Assembly (NCBI GenBank): GCA_000708835.1
Contig: DF236977.1
Coordinates: forward strand, 248,001 to 312,000
Length of the DNA: 64,000 nt
Reading direction: 5' to 3'
Origin: Klebsormidium nitens
Lineage: Eukaryota > Plantae > Klebsormidiophyceae
The notes below the pieces were generated by a model that made no database searches, was not told where the DNA came from, and saw only the letters and a list, made by a program, of their open reading frames with translations. Both the position numbers and the translations under genes were made by a program. Of the stretch, positions 24,387 through 37,500 are shown piece after piece (the stretch's first letter is position 1; each line of letters begins with the position of its first letter).

Positions 24387-25548
24387 TAGGACTTCTGCTC
24401 GATCTTAAGCTGATTGCCTGTACATTGATACGGGTCACAGGCCAGGATGCAAAGGCTGTTATTTGGAACTACACGCTGTTTGTGAATCTCAACTTCCGGA
24501 GAAGTGAACGCGCCTTTGTACATCAATGTTCCGCAACCGAATGCACGATCCTGCACATAATAGACCACTTGCTGGATGATCCAACTCCTCTATATTCAGA
24601 TGCTTTGAAAGGACAATCCACAGAGTGCCTCCTCAAGACTTTGACAAATGTCCACAGACTTTGGGAGATTGCAAAGTTTGCATGGTGCATAGCACCGTTG
24701 TTTGTGATCGCCTAGCATACACTATTTAAGTGGCACGGGAGGCCCGCATGCCCATCTTTCAAATATATTCAATCTGAAATTTAAGGTCGTACGCGTACAT
24801 GCATACCCAGCATGCAACGTGAGCTCGTGGCTGCCCCGGATACACATGTGTTCATGTTCATCTATGTCGCGCAAGATACGAAGATGCTTCAGCTCAGCAC
24901 GTTAAGAATGTACTACTGATTGGAACGGTGTACGAGTGCCTACCTTATCGATGGTAATTCGACAGCTTGATATCTGCACCAGCCGGCGTGCGCGGCATGC
25001 ACAGTCATGGAAGTTGCGCACTCACATGGTTGCATCATGGTCGTGCTGACAACTGTTGGATAGTTCATTTTCCATGTGTAGGATGCCACTTTGCAGTGCG
25101 CGGCCCCAACGCGGCAGGCTCACAGCTCGATTTATGCGCCTCCAATGCTGTGGCATTGCAATGATGCATAGGAAACTCTTTTGATTCAACATGGAACTGG
25201 AACATTGCTCTCGACCCAAACGCACTCCATGCAACAAGTAAAGCTGTCAGATTGGTACTTATTTCTCAGTTCTAGTTAGAATACATGAAGTTCAGGGATA
25301 GCCTACTAGTCAACTCGAGGTTTGTGCTCCGAGGCTGTGTATGATCAGCTAAATGCAACTCTTCGAGTCACATGTCTGCCGCTCAATCACGAAAGCACGA
25401 CTCCCTGAAGGTACTACTGAACGACTCAACTCTGAACCTTGTGTCATCACTTCATTGCAACAAATCTGCTGCACGTTTGAGAGATCAAAAACTTTCCTGA
25501 CTGCGAGCTCACTGGGGTAGACCGGACCCCAGACTGGAAGTGAACTGT

Positions 25549-28124
25549 CTACCTGATCACGGGGCCCCTATGCAATTCAAACATCCGCTCTAACGCAGCC
25601 ATGTTCTCCAAGGTCTCTTCTACGGTGCGATCGCTCCCTGCGTCGCATCTTAGGGACGTCATGGGCCCGTGCAGGAGCTTGTTGCAGATGCCCCGCGACA
25701 TGTCCTCCAGCGCCTTCTTTTGCTTCTTGGTCATCCCCTCCCCACCCATCGCCTTGACGCACTTTTCCAACTCGCCCATCCGCACATCCTCCACCTTTTG
25801 CCGCAACGCCTTGATCACCGGCACTGTCTCCAGGCTGTCCCGCCACGAGTCAAACATGTCCAAGTGCTCGTCGATGATTGGCAGCGCCTCTAGAGCTTTC
25901 CGTCTCCGGTCCTCCTTGTTGGCAGCCACAACCTCCGTCAAGTCATCGACGTTGAAGACCCGAGAGATGGCTGACTCGTTCACACACGACCCCACATTTC
26001 TAGGCACACTGATGTCAATGAACAAACGCTTCCCCCCCGCCGCCTCTGACACTGGAGGCAGCGCGTCTGCATCCTCTCTCAGGAACAGCGGGTCCACTGA
26101 GGACGTGCTCGTGAACACAATCTGCGCCTCCCCCGCGCACCGCATCATCTCCGTCAGCGGCTGGTACTCAATCTGCGCCTCAGGAAAATCTGCCGCAAGC
26201 TCGTCTGCGCGCTCCCGTGAACGATTGAGCAGGACCATCTTCTGGCAGCCCTTGGAGAGCAGGTGCTTGACCAGCAGCTTGGACATCTTGCCCGCCCCCA
26301 CGATGCACACCGCCGCCTCGCCCAGCGCCAGCGGCAGCTTCATCTGCGCCAGCTCCACCGCCGCCGAACTGACCGACACCGCCCCAGACGAGATGCTGAT
26401 ATCCGTCCGCACTTTCTTCCCGGCCGTAATTGCATACTTAAAGAGACTGTTGAGGTTGCGCGCAAAGCCGGTGACTGGCTGACCCGCCTCATACACCTTC
26501 TTGACCTGGGCCAGAATCTGGCCTTCTCCCAAAACAAGGGAGTCCAGGCCAGAGGCAACCCTAAAGAGGTGGCTGGTGGCGTCGCGGTTGCGCAGGATGA
26601 ACAGGTGCGGCGTGAGGTCCTCAATGGGGACACCGCTATTCTGCAGATCAAAGCAAAATGAAAACGGTGTCAGCCTCTACCTTGATGGCACACTGCTGGT
26701 CCAACATGCAGACAGCATATGAAAGCACCAAAACCGGGCAAGCTAGCACCTTTGCAAGCCCCTTGTCTTGTCCAACTGCACAAGATGACAACCCCTAACT
26801 AACTGTTTATCACGTTCCACAGCATTGCCCCGCCACCTCCAGAAGATGCACCTGGCACAATAGCAGTGGCGGACCTCCGCTCAAGACAGCCACCAACCCA
26901 CTGGCAAAGAACTTGTGGCAAGCCAGAAACCTGCAATTCCTCACAGGTTCTAGCTACTACAGGGACTGGGCCTATACAACTGTTTTCTCTGGTGTGTCCC
27001 AGAAGTTTCTTGGCTCACCTTCGACATCCAGGTGGTCACCTCCTTGATCCCCCTGTGCCACGACAGGGCCACCACATAGATCTCCATGCGGTTGCATGTG
27101 CTTAAAACTCCCGCCTCCTCAATATGAGGATTACTGCACAGCTCGTCGATAGCGCGCGGCCACTCCGCCTCCGGCACAGCAAGCTTCTCGCGGATCTCGA
27201 CAGGAGCAGTGTGCACGCTCAAGCCAATGACCAGAATGCTGCTCTTCTCACTTGTGTACCCTACAAAACAAAGTGCCGGGCTGATTAATCTTTGTAGAGT
27301 TGGAGTGATAAACATCGGCGCCAGGGTATAACTAAAGGTGACTGGTCCACAAGAGCGTTGAAAAGCGTCGAAGTTCGCGCCTCTAACCAATTAAGGGTTA
27401 GAAACTCTCCCGATGAAATTCCATAGAGTGGTTCGATTTACATCCAAAAGTACCTGTGAGTTGCCTCCGGAGCAGACATAAGGCTTTAAATGCGGACCTG
27501 AATCTCTGACATCTTTTTGCCAGCAATGGCGAAACAGTGCTTACTTGACTGGCACCTATCGACCAAAATGTATGAATCTATGCAGACTTGGAAGCAACAA
27601 TTACGTCCTGCTCTTGATGGTTACTGTGCTTTAAGCGGGGTAGCACTGCTTACAGGATTCCACAAGCAGAACCTACGCCTGAACATTTGCTTTTATACCC
27701 AACCAGGGTTTTGGATAATATCCACCAGAGTAAACTAACATCTCGGTGGAAGTTTCCAGTATGTTCTTTTAACCTGGGAGAAAACCTACTGTTTTGATAC
27801 GATAAAAATTGAGCCTAGCTTCAAAAGACTCCTTTGCGACTCACGATTTGCCACTCCAGCCATCCTCAACTGCTGCAACGCCGCGCTGCTCGCTGCCTTT
27901 CCCGTCAGCTTGTGGCTGTTAGGCACCTTGCGAGGGTCCCGCAGGTTCACCTCGCCCTGGGCTTTCACTCCTGTCCGCTGCACTCCCTGAGAGCATGACC
28001 TGCTGAGCACAGGCTTTGGCAGTGCCGTCCCCATGAACGCACTGGATGCATCTGACCTGCTCCTGGCCAGTCCCAAAGACTGGCTGAGCTGCCCAGAGCA
28101 GGCAACAGCGGCAGTAGCGGCCAT
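25549..28124 (-). CDS. HEMA: Glutamyl-tRNA reductase, plastid precursor, ~537 aa
   Basis: Exons 28124-27845, 27260-27019, 26640-25549 (1614 nt, in frame). Ser/Ala-rich transit peptide; [27 protein letters not shown]; catalytic [10 protein letters not shown]; [16 protein letters not shown]; NADPH-binding IVGAGKM; DISVPRNV; NKLLHGP. Confidence 0.97.
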
Positions 28125-29491
28125 GATGTGTGGAGATTTTAAAGTCCAGGAGGAAAGCTCAGCAACTCTTCTTCCTACCAACCAGCCTTTCCAGCATGGG
28201 ACCCGAATAATGTGGAGAAAAGAAAAGGTGACTGGAAGCCGCTGGCGTAAGACAATTTGCAATCTTTCACTTAAACCCAGCGTCAGCTGCAAAACAATCT
28301 AGAGAGGCCAACAGCACCACAAAGACCACGTAGAGCCGTTAAACGCAAGGGGGAAGGTCCAAGGAGGAACTGGACGCAGGTCTGAAGGTGGCAGTCTAGC
28401 TAGAGCTCAAGACCACCATTCCCAACATGTTGGGAGTCGCAAAGAACGGTGGCCTCAACCTAGCTTGTGTGCCTCCAACATTTCTGACAGTCATGAACTT
28501 TCAAATGGTCCGTTACGTAGCCATCTTTCGACGAGAACCTCAAAGATAGGGCCTGCAAAGTAGAGTTTACCGATCCTCGTCGAAAACAGAACACGACGCA
28601 CCCGGCGATGTGGCAACGCTGCTCTTTTTATCCGATTGGTGGCGACGTGGAGGAATCGATCTTCGGAATCTCCTTCTCTGCCAATCAGACTTGCACAAAA
28701 GATTGCGGACACGAGTTCGGCACATCCGAGGCCTTAATACTCATATATTGAGACAATATTCTGCTCATACGCACATGCATAAGTGTTTGGTAGAAACCTC
28801 ACATTGAGGTTCACAGACTGAATTGCAGATTATCGCAGAATCAGGGTAGCGGTATAAGCGTTGGTCGGCTCCAATGGGGCGTTATACTAGTTGCGACCTC
28901 ACATGCGGCTATCCCTTCTTCTAACCTTCAAAATATGCCTCTCTTGAGGGTCCCGATTCAAATCTATAACGAGTCCAAGGATCCCGTCAATAATGTAGAA
29001 ATACGGGGGCTTATGAATCAGATGCTGGTCTTCTATCCCGGTATATTAATAGTATTAACAATCAAAGAATACAAAGCTACAATGTGGGTTCCAACTTCCA
29101 CGTGCATCACTGCCTTCATGGTAATGGTATCATCATTACCATCTTGCGCGGCGCGGCCGCGCCAGGTGTAGTAGTACTACCGTGACAGCCTATGGCCGGG
29201 CGCGGCGGCGGCGACGGTCGAGTCTGGTCACACTCGTGAGTCGTGACTCGTACCTACCTACTACTATAGTACTAGGCTAGGAGTAGGATCGAGGAGTAGG
29301 TACATGTGTGCGTATTATTCGCATGGCGCTAGCTAGACCTTAGAGGATCTAGCATCAGCTCCCTCCGTTGCTACATCGGTAGCTGTGCGGTGAAGCAATT
29401 ATTGAACAGCTTTGTGATTTCGATATCAGCACTTCGCAAACCACTTCCAAGTTGCATGAGGCTTGGACTGGATTAATCTGTGATCTCCCCG

Positions 29492-32400
29492 ATGGCGCTC
29501 CTGGCTCAAAGAAAGCTGGCTGGTCTGCATCTGTTTGCGAAGCGGGAAGCCAAAAAAGTGGCATTCTGTTCAGAGCTGCCGACCCTTAGTGTGCAGACAT
29601 ATCTCCTCTCTCGCCTGTTGTCTCACATCCAGACTCCACCGCCAGGCATTGCTTTGTCAACACCACAGACAGCGATTCATGTGCAGTCAGTAAACGCCGT
29701 TGCTCTTAGTATGACAAATGGTTCGGAACAAGCCCGTGAGAGACAAGACTCCCATTCTCAGGCTACCAGCTCACACTTCCACGCAGCGCCTTCACCTCCG
29801 GAGACCAAATGCTGGCCAAATGGCGGAGGCATGGTCCATCAAGAAGCAGATGTGCATTTCAGTGCTTTCATAGAACACGGTGCTGTGGTCCAAAGGGGGG
29901 CGGTGGTTGAGAAGGATGTGCGGATTGGTGCCTGCTCTGTTGTAGGACCCGATGTGAGAATTGGTGAAAGGACAGTTCTCTGGTGAGGGCGCATCTTTGT
30001 CTCAGGAGAAGTTTGTGGTCCTGATCTCCACCCCTTCTGTGAGGGTTAATTATACACGCAAATTCACAATTTCCTACCGCAAGCAATCCACCGGCCATGC
30101 TTTTGGATGTCGCGCCCACCACTTGATGGCATGGACTGGCTTGTACTTTTTCAAGTTCTGTCTCAGCATGTAGATTTGTCTGCCCCTTTTCACATATAGC
30201 TATCCTTGGGCATCTCCCCAGTTGAAGAGGCACAGCAACAAGCAAAAGAGGACCAACGCACGGGCCGCTTTGCCCACCGCATCAGCGCTTGGTGGCTGAC
30301 ATCATCACGTTTGTTCGCTTCTCTCAATTTGTTGTAGGCACAATGTGTCATTACTGCACTGCACCATTGGACGCGATTGCATACTGCACAACGGTGTCTC
30401 CGTAGGTCAAGACGGTGAGAAACCGCTCTCAACCTCTCAAGCCTGCCAACAAGGATCCAGCATGAAGGAATCTGATGTCGTCGCTTCCAAATTAGTGTAG
30501 AGCAATGGGCACCAGGTCCTCTTCGAGTTTGACTCTATACAGTGTCCGTGCAACTCATCATCGAAAGGAGAGGACAAGACGGATGTCCAAAAACATCTGG
30601 CTGTCTCTACAATAGTTAGTGCAACGGCCTCTGCAAACATGTTTTTGCTCTGCCGCAGGCTTTGGATTCTTTGTCAACGAGAAGGGGGAGATGATAAAGA
30701 AGCCTCAGGTATGTGGGGCATACGTCCTTCATGATTGCGGATCTGAAGGCTCCGCAAGGCTTTCTTGCTGTCTTTCTATCACTGTATAACCAAAGTAGGG
30801 AGCTCGTTTTTCCCCTCCGGGTATTGCCTCCATCATCCAGCCATGTTCATGTTTGCCCATCCATAGCGAAGGCAGAGGCCAGATTGTAGTTTTAATTAAC
30901 TTGCTTATACACAATCGCATCCAAGTTCGTTTATCAAGGAAGTCAAGATGTTAGTTTGTTGGAACGAAAGGCAGCAGTGCCATTTCTCTGAGGACTGCTG
31001 GTGATCTCGAGCTTTTCAAATCTGATGAAAGTTGGAGTAATTGCAGGAACTCAACGTAATCATTGGAAACAACGTGGAAATCGGGGCCAATAGCTGCGTT
31101 GACCGCGGAAGGTGAAGTCCCCTGCGCAGCCCATGCCATGGCCCTTAGCTCGATCATCTGCAAATTGATTCTTTCAATTCGGCTGAAATCTACCATCTAC
31201 CCTTTCTGATGCCGAAGCTGATGAGAAGTCCAGCGTTCGATTTCTTCAAATGTGGACGCGCCAATTTCGATGCTGTTCTGGCCGTCATACACACTTTTCA
31301 TCGGGCATCTCGCACAGAGAGTTTTTCTTACGAGGTCTCATCATGCAGCTGAAAGAGAATAATTCTTTTTACTGAAGACTTGTTACACATGACGAATTGG
31401 CGGTGATGTATGGATGCGGTCTCAACATGGAAGCACAGGTAGAGGATTGTAAGCAGCCAAACCTCGTCTGGTATGGTCATGAGCCATGATGCGCTCCAGA
31501 AATTAGGAATATTGAGGAAAAGGAGCTTTTTGATTGCCGTGTTGCAGCTGGCGGGATACAGAGATTGGGGACCACACGAAGATTGACAATTTGGTGCAGG
31601 TGAGGAGCCATCACAAGTGAAAAGATCCGGGTTCTTATCTTATGTTCCTCCATGTCCACCCGTTGGCTTCTTTCGAGGATCGTGCACGGTGGTGGGATGC
31701 AGCAGCTGTTCTAGAATGCCGAGCCAAGCTGTTACGGTTTCGGGACAGCATGAGATTTTTTTTTGCACACGAATGATAGCGGGCTTCTGATCGTCAGTCG
31801 AGTTACTTGAGGGTTATTGTCCTGCTCTCGCATATGATTCCACCTTCTGACCAGCACTTCAGCCACGCAGGTTGGCCACAACGTCAAGATCGGGCGCTGC
31901 TGTATCCTCTGTGGGCATGCGGCCATCGGGGGGTCGGCCGAGTGAGTCCAACGCGTCCGCAGGCTGCACGACAGGCACTGCTCAATCACGGTTGTTGTTC
32001 GTTGATTGTAGCTTCCCGCGAAAGCTGCGTCCATGTTGACAGAGAGTATTTCTTATCAACCTGGATGGAGCCCGACTCTTGCCTCCAGAGTATGCTTTTA
32101 TGGTTCTTCGCGCAAGGGAACGGCAGGCCACAGTTGGACGTCGGGAGAAGAAGCACCTGACAGCCCGCAACCCGATTGCAGGCTCGGCGACTATGTGGTG
32201 ATGGGCGGGAAGGCGGGGATAGCCGACCACGTCAAAGTGCATCCGCAGGTGGGCTGCGTGGCGTCGTAGTTCGCAAGTTCCCTGTACGCCTACCTCCTCC
32301 AAAGTCTTGAGTGTCCATCTGCAGACAATGCACGAAGGTGTTGTCAAGCAACGCTGTCTGTGTGCTTGCTCCGTTGCTGAACACGAGGAGCGTCCTTGAC

Positions 32401-32846
32401 CGACTTCAGCGCGTGTTGGTTCGCAGGTACGACTAGCTGCGAAGACGGGGGTAATGTCCGACATCAAAGAGAAAGGCGATTATGCCGGCTTTCCAGCGGT
32501 AAGTATGCTCGCTGTTCTCCAGGTCGCCATCTGCACCCTCCTTCAAGTGTCTGGCGAATCAATACTAAAAAGTGTCGTCGGTCGGATTTCAGTCAGGAGA
32601 TATTTACAGGGTTTGAGATATTGTTGGTTGGCTACTAAGTACCGGCGCCGGTTCTGAGGTTCTGGCGGACACAGCTTAGGGTATTGAAAGCTCTGTCAAA
32701 GAGAGCATCGACAGTTTTCTATGTCGCTCCACAATGCACTTGCATTCACTTTCCAGGTACCGGCTCGAGAGTGGAGACGTTCAGCAATTGCGGTCCGGAA
32801 ATTGGGGCGAGACGCCAAAAAAAGGACCAAGGAAGCGCCAGCCTGA
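29492..32846 (+). CDS. lpxD: UDP-3-O-acylglucosamine N-acyltransferase (LpxD), organelle-targeted precursor, ~344 aa
   Basis: Exons: 29492-29982, 30338-30414, 30659-30708, 31047-31111, 31548-31599, 31871-31941, 32182-32248, 32427-32498, 32757-32846 (1035 nt, in frame). Hexapeptide repeats plus LpxD signatures GQDG|FGF, IGNNVEIGANSCVDRGS, TKIDNLVQ|VGHNVKIG, GGKAGIADH, YAGFPA|VPAREWRR. Confidence 0.94.
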
Positions 32847-34134
32847 CGTCTGGAAGCCGCATGGTGATTAGTCGTCTTCATGGCTCAAGCTCGTACTCAG
32901 CCCCGGAGGTTCGATTCTGTGGGTTGGGTTTCGAAATGTTCCATTCCATCCTCTTCAGTGATTGCGGAGATGTGCCGCAGTTTGCACGCATGTGCAGGAC
33001 GTGTACTACGCACTAAGCCATGTTGCAGATCTATTCCAGTCGGAAGCGTGCGACAAATTCGACTAGGCCCGAGGATGGAATCGCACTGAGTTACACGCAA
33101 AGCAATATGGACGTCTCACCAAGGACATTCGGAGATGGTCACCAGTTCTGCACTTTGCATGCTACTAGTCACGTCTAAGTAAATTTTCATGTTGTCAGGG
33201 CGGAACTTCCATAAGCAGCATTCGGCGCCTCCATTGCTAATCTGTGAAAAGGCACACATGTACCGTGTTTCCAAGATATGAAGTACTGAATGCAGCAGGT
33301 CGCATTAAACATTCGAAATATATGCGGATAAAGCAGGCTTCTCTCTCAGGTGCACCGCATCTTCTTTGCTGAGCGATGTGCAGCTATCGCTTCATGATAC
33401 TAAATGCAGTGGATGTATTAATCGCAACTAGTATATCAAATCAAGGCGATCAAGCGTCACTGCAACCAACCTCCGATTGCAACTTCGATCAATCAAGTAA
33501 TTGACTCATGCAGAAAAGCAGCGCGTCTGGCACACCGTATGAAATGCATGACGCGGCTCGTGACCTTCCTACGTGATCAACTGCACCACATGGGCCATTG
33601 ACATGTGCTGAAGCTAAATGCAGGCCGGGACAAAAATTGAGCAATCACTTTCTTTGGAGCCCTAACTTCCTATACCATGATGTGAGGCTGCACATGATAT
33701 GATTGATTTACGTGTTTGCACACCCTTAATTAAAAGCATGTCGGCATGCGCCCGTCAGTGCAAAACCGGGTCCGGCCGGTTAGGTATATGCCTAGGTCGA
33801 CTTCTTGCCTACAGAAGCTGTATATGACATGAGCGATCGGCCGACGGTCCACATTGAGCGTGGTCTCAGTGCAACAATCATGTTTAATAATGGTGGTCGC
33901 GCAGCTGCATCCACATGATGCACCGCGGCCTCGGATGGTCAAAACTGCAATTTAATCCGACAACGATTGCAGAACAGTAAGCGATTCAATGACAATCATG
34001 CTCTGATCTGCAAACGAATCCTTATAACACCAATATGGTACGTCCGATTCTTCCGTCTGTTGGAGTCTCCGTGATCTGATCTCAAATTTCAGGCGGAGAT
34101 GCACTTTTCGATGCATCGATGTGATTCGCCGAAT

Positions 34135-34257
34135 CAGCGCTTCAAAGCTTTGCTACTACCTGATGATCACTAAAGCAGCACTTCAAAGCTCTGCTACCAC
34201 CTAATGCTCTCTAAAGTAGCACTTCAAGCTTTGCTACTGCCTGATGATCAATCTAAG
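34135..34257. repeat. Three imperfect tandem copies of a ~41-bp unit
   Basis: Units cagcgcttcaaagctttgctactacctgatgatcactaaag (34135-34175), cagcacttcaaagctctgctaccacctaatgctctctaaag (34176-34216) and tagcacttcaagctttgctactgcctgatgatcaatctaag (34217-34257). Confidence 0.85.
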
Positions 34258-34528
34258 AATGCCAAAATTCCGTTCCTATCCCTGTGATAGGCCGGTGCAA
34301 TTGCGTGCAGTTGTTCTGCTTCCTAGACATTAGCCTCTTCTGCGCCGCCGCAAAATGCTCCTTGCAGTCGCAGCGTCTGCCGATACCGTGCACCTGTTCC
34401 TAGACACAGAGCTCCACTGTGCAAGTTCAAAATAATGCGTCCCGAAACCTTGCAAGCTAATTCTACCGACCATTTGTGCCACCTCGCAGTCCTCGCTCTG
34501 ACTGCGTCTCAAGCTGACCGGTTGCTGC

Positions 34529-37500
34529 TCAGGCAGGACCCCGAGAGCCGTACCCCGGAGCCCAGCCCTGGGCCCCGGTTGTTGCCAAGTTCGCCAGGCC
34601 CCCACCTGCCCTGCTTTCGTCAACCTGCTGCCCGCGCAGTTGGTCCAGGATGCCTGTCTGCTCCACTGCCGACAGGGGCTCGTACAGAGAGAACAGCGCG
34701 GCCGCGCCTGCGTCGGGGAGAGCCGGCTGGACGGCGGCGGTCGTGGGCCGCTCGGCATACCCAACCAGGGCCTCCAGAATCTGCTCGGCGACTAATTTTG
34801 GGCTCCCCCCGATGCTGACCGGGGGAATCCGCTCCGGGTGCTCTATGTCTACGGGCTCGAGCTCGAACCACCCCCCCGGGGCCGCCCCCTGGCCGGGCAG
34901 GTAGATGATGGGGGACGCGGGAGAGGGGACGCGGGACGGCAACAGAGCATCCGCCCCGGAGGGTCGTACCGGGCTGTTACCGGGCCCTGTGATGGGGCTG
35001 CCATGCTGGAAGTTGCGTGCAGTAGGTCTGATCTCCGTCTGGTTCACGAGGCCCGGCGGGCGCTCCCTTTCCGGTCTACCGAGCGCTGTGCTGGGATCAC
35101 CCGCTTGGGCGAGCCCCAATGCGACGTCGTGATTATGCGGAGGGTTCATGTAGCCTAATGCTGATCCTAGGGACAGAGTTGGAGCGTCGAGAGCCTGCAA
35201 TGCGGCTGCCATTGCGTCTGCTTGAATCTGGAAGCCCCCGCTTGACCGGGCTCCCGAAGGGAAGCTGTGAAACTGCGATGGCGGCGGCCGGGGCAGCTGG
35301 AACTGGTCGAGGGAGGGTTGCGGAGGCAGGGCGCCGTTATATCTGAGAGAGTGTCGACAGCACAACTCAGCCGATGTCGAGGTCAACAGTCCGACCGAGT
35401 CTAGAATAAGCGACGGGCGCTCTGAAGCAGAAAAAGTTGACTGCTGCCAAGAACGGATGGGGGCAAAACCTTGATCCCGAAGCAGGCTTGGCAACCTAGA
35501 CCGTAAGGGAAAGTCCAACAATTGTTTAAGCCCGATTTTGCACACCGAAGAACGCCGGTAGCTGACACTGGTATCAACACGTCAACGCCCCGAAACACTC
35601 CGCATGCTCTTTCACCACCTTTAGAGGTTCCGAGGAACCAGTCCCCCAGCTCTGTTGGCGCAAACTTATCACTTCCATCAGAGTCGCAAAGGCTTCGGCT
35701 CACTTGTGCGACCGCATGTGGCCCCCCAGCGCCTGCGAGTATGCGAAGACCTCCCCACACAGCTTGCACTGGTACGGCCCCCGCCCCGCCTGCCCCGGGC
35801 CGTCCTGCGGGTCCTGCCCCTGCGGGGCCCTGTCGACGGACTGTTCCGAAGCCCCGATCAAATGGTCGAGCAGCGAGAGGTCTGCGGAAGAGAGTGCGGA
35901 AATCAGGTCGGGTCACGAAATGTCAGATCGGACCGTTTCAGAAGAAGCCTAGGACAGACTTGGCAGCATGTGGACCCGCAGATCACGATAGGGTTGGAAC
36001 TTCGTCCGAGTTTTCGTCCTGATGCTATTGACAGTAACCTATGGCGTGTACAGAACGCAAACGCCAAACCATTCAATTTCATACCGGGTCCTGCTCGATG
36101 CAAGCAGGTGAGAGCGCTGATCGCGGGAGCGCGATCCAGACGCACCTGAGCGCGCGCTCGCCATCAGACCTCCCTCTTGCAAGGCCCGCCGCCTGATCTT
36201 GTATACCTGCACTTACAAAAGACCTAGGTAAACAAACTGAAGGCGCAACCTCAGACAACGCACCATCTGAGCGCTTCTAATCCAAAGTCGGCAGGCATAC
36301 GAAAATGAAGTTCAACCTCTCTAACCCTGTGGTCCGACCTCTGAAACCGTTGTCGACGAAAATTCAGACACGGGATAAATGAGCTACGTGGTCCTCAATG
36401 GAGCCAAATCGTGCGGAACGAGACACGTCTGGGGCGCCCGTTTTGAGACCACATAAAGAAGCAGAAGCAATTCAATTGACCCAACCCCGGACATCACGAT
36501 GGCAGTCCAGCTCATCCCTGATATTGATCTGAAAGGTAACGTTTGACGCAACAGTTCCAAGGACTAGTTCAAAGAATTCAGGATGCAATTGAGGGGGCCA
36601 CAAGCAAGGACAAGCAGTGTACACAGCAACAACTATGTCACAGAGCGGCGCATGACACTTCTAAAAGCTCTGGAGCAGGGAGTTTGCAACGCTCTAAAGA
36701 GGTAGCCAGCTCACATCCTGATGCGCAAACCCAAAATCCCTCGCTTTCCGCTTGGGCGGATCCTCCGAGGACACCCGCTCCCTCCCCCCAAACCGCCCTG
36801 GCTCCTGCCAGTGCTTATTGCCCAGTCTCTCATGTTTCCACTCCATCGGCCCTGCTCCCATCACTGGCCCCTCGGCCCGTGTGCCTCCCCGCAGGCGGTC
36901 CCCTTTCTTGTCCCCCACCCGCTCAGCGCCGCCCTGCTGCCCTGCAGCATCACTGTTCTCCCATCTATCCCCCTTTTCTTTTTCTACAGCCTCCTCCTGA
37001 CTCTCTCCTCTGCTTCTCGGTGCGCTCGGAGACTCCGCAGTGGCTCCTTCCTTCGGGGCATGCTCGTCCGCCTCCCCTCCCGACTCCTTTCTTCTTCCCT
37101 CGAAAACCTCATCTATATCTTCCTGAGCCTGCCTTGGCCCCTCAGTGGGGTCTGGCGCACCGCCACTCCCAGGAATGCTCTGGCCATCCTCATGGCCCCC
37201 TCCCTCCACTGCCTCCTCCCCACCCCCTTCTGGATCCGCTTCCTGCTCACTACTTGGACTGACCCCTTCCCTGTTCTCCCTGCCCCGCTCGCCGGCCCCC
37301 TCCTTGCCAGAGGGCGCCTCTGCTGAGGCTGTCACTTCAAGTGGCTTTCCCAACGCACGTTCCTCCTTCTCATCAGAACGACCCTGGCGTGTGTAATCGC
37401 TGTCAGCAGCGTTTTCGGCCCTCCCCCCCCCAGCAGCGTCTTCCGCCTCCCCCCTAGGAGCAATCCTCATCTTGTCTACGTTGTCCTCCGCCTCAGGCAG

